DNA of 63,921 nt, counting the filler, from Octopus bimaculoides (lineage: Eukaryota): NCBI RefSeq assembly GCF_001194135.2. It is 7 parts of 6 records of this genome, joined end to end, with 100 filler letters (N's around TTAATTAATTAA, not from the genome) between each part and the next. Parts side by side here need not be neighbours in the genome. Positions count along the whole stretch, not along the records: positions 62,863 to 63,921 come from NC_068988.1; 6 more parts are not named here. The stretch is one strand, 5' to 3'. The position numbers were made by a program, and so were the translations under genes. Positions 62,941-63,921 of the stretch are shown here, in pieces; the stretch's first letter is position 1, and every line of letters starts with the position of its first letter. Below the pieces are notes generated by a model that had not been told where the DNA came from, searched no databases, and saw nothing but the letters and a program-made list of their open reading frames with translations.

Positions 62941-63375
62941 CTTTTGATTTTTGCTTTGTATTTGTACAATTTGACTCCAAGTCTCACAAGGTGATCTAAA
63001 GAGACAAGTTCATGTTGGTGCTATGAGTAGGGTGTTATATATTTGTTTTTGCACATAGTATTGTTCTAGAGAATGTTTAAGTAAACATAAGAAAGTAATA
63101 TGCTTGTTTTAAAATTTGAGATCACAGAGACAGTAATTTACGTAGGATATAGGCAGTTCCCATGAGCACTATCTCTTGAATTTCTGCCATTTGGTGTTTC
63201 CTGGTATCTGAGCTAGGTAGTAATCAACCTCTTTTGCTATTATTCCTAGTGCACCTTTGACAGCAGGTATTGTTTTAGTTTTGAGGTTCCACATTTTGAC
63301 AATTTCTATTTCAAGACATTTATACTTACTTAGATTTGGTATATCGAGTTTGTATTTTGCTTTGTAATCATTGAG
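62941..63375 (-). mobile_element. R4/Dong-type LINE 3' end
   Basis: LSKYKCLEIEIVKMWNLKTKTIPAVKGALGII...YLAQIPG, then after a frameshift EIQEIVLMGTAYILRKLLSL*. The 3' UTR ends in an (AAT/AAC/GAT)n tract at 62863-62940. Confidence 0.85.
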
Positions 63376-63921
63376 GCATGACGAGCTTGGACGTTGTCAT
63401 TAGGGGAAGGATCCGTTTGTTTAGGGTTAATTTTTTGAGACAACACCGCCTCCGTGTCCTCTGAATGGAACCATTGCTCGTAACGTAGCTTCTTAAGGCT
63501 AACAGATCTGTATTCGTCTGTATTTTGTCATTTTGTTGATAGATTTATCTCCAGGCATATGCGTTTATGTGTCCTGTAAATTTCACCTATGGACATTAAA
63601 ATGTATATATGATGTTATAGACATTCGAGTGCATACGTAATAAATCAATGTTATAATTTGTAATCATTCCCATGTTGATTTCGCGTGTATCTTTTGCACA
63701 TGTTTCACTGAGACATCGTGCATAGGAGACACTGTGCTTTGAATGTCAGTAAAATTTCTTTTTTGTGATTATATTCGTAAAAAGGCCGCTTCAGTCAAAT
63801 CTTCCACAGGTTCCTTTATCCCATTGAACCGATGATATTAGATTAGATTTGCTTTTGAATGGAGAGCCCGCTGTAGCACATCCATGCGGTTACTTAGCGC
63901 GGAGCTCCTTTCCTATTATTA

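Overview
AT-rich, gap-riddled draft animal genomic DNA. The SINE families and microsatellite load are those I associate with Octopus; this is inference, not a database result. Two host protein-coding genes are well supported and lie convergently about 2.9 kb apart. One is a SOCS/CIS-type gene (SH2 + SOCS box, + strand, 52800-53514), probably with an upstream coding exon and a tandem pair of STAT-type TTC-N3-GAA sites. The other is a class A (rhodopsin-family) peptide-type orphan GPCR with a single coding exon (- strand, 56399-57631, 410 aa). A probable promoter and first exon of a third gene runs off the left edge. Most other recognisable sequence is transposon debris: a Penelope-like RT, two CsRn1-type Gypsy remnants, L1/Tx1, HERO/NeSL, R4/Dong and CR1/L2 LINE fragments, a Helitron with both termini, Tc1/mariner and hAT MITEs, and more than 15 tRNA-derived SINEs. 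Almost all other listed ORFs are artefacts of microsatellites or N runs. Best leads are the SOCS gene model with its GAS pair, minimal hammerhead-ribozyme motifs in Penelope-type repeats, a covarying 3' stem-loop shared by a LINE and a SINE, a head-to-head telomere-like hairpin, and a 22-bp minisatellite with higher-order structure. I see no clearly new biological system, no CRISPR array and no rRNA or intact tRNA gene.
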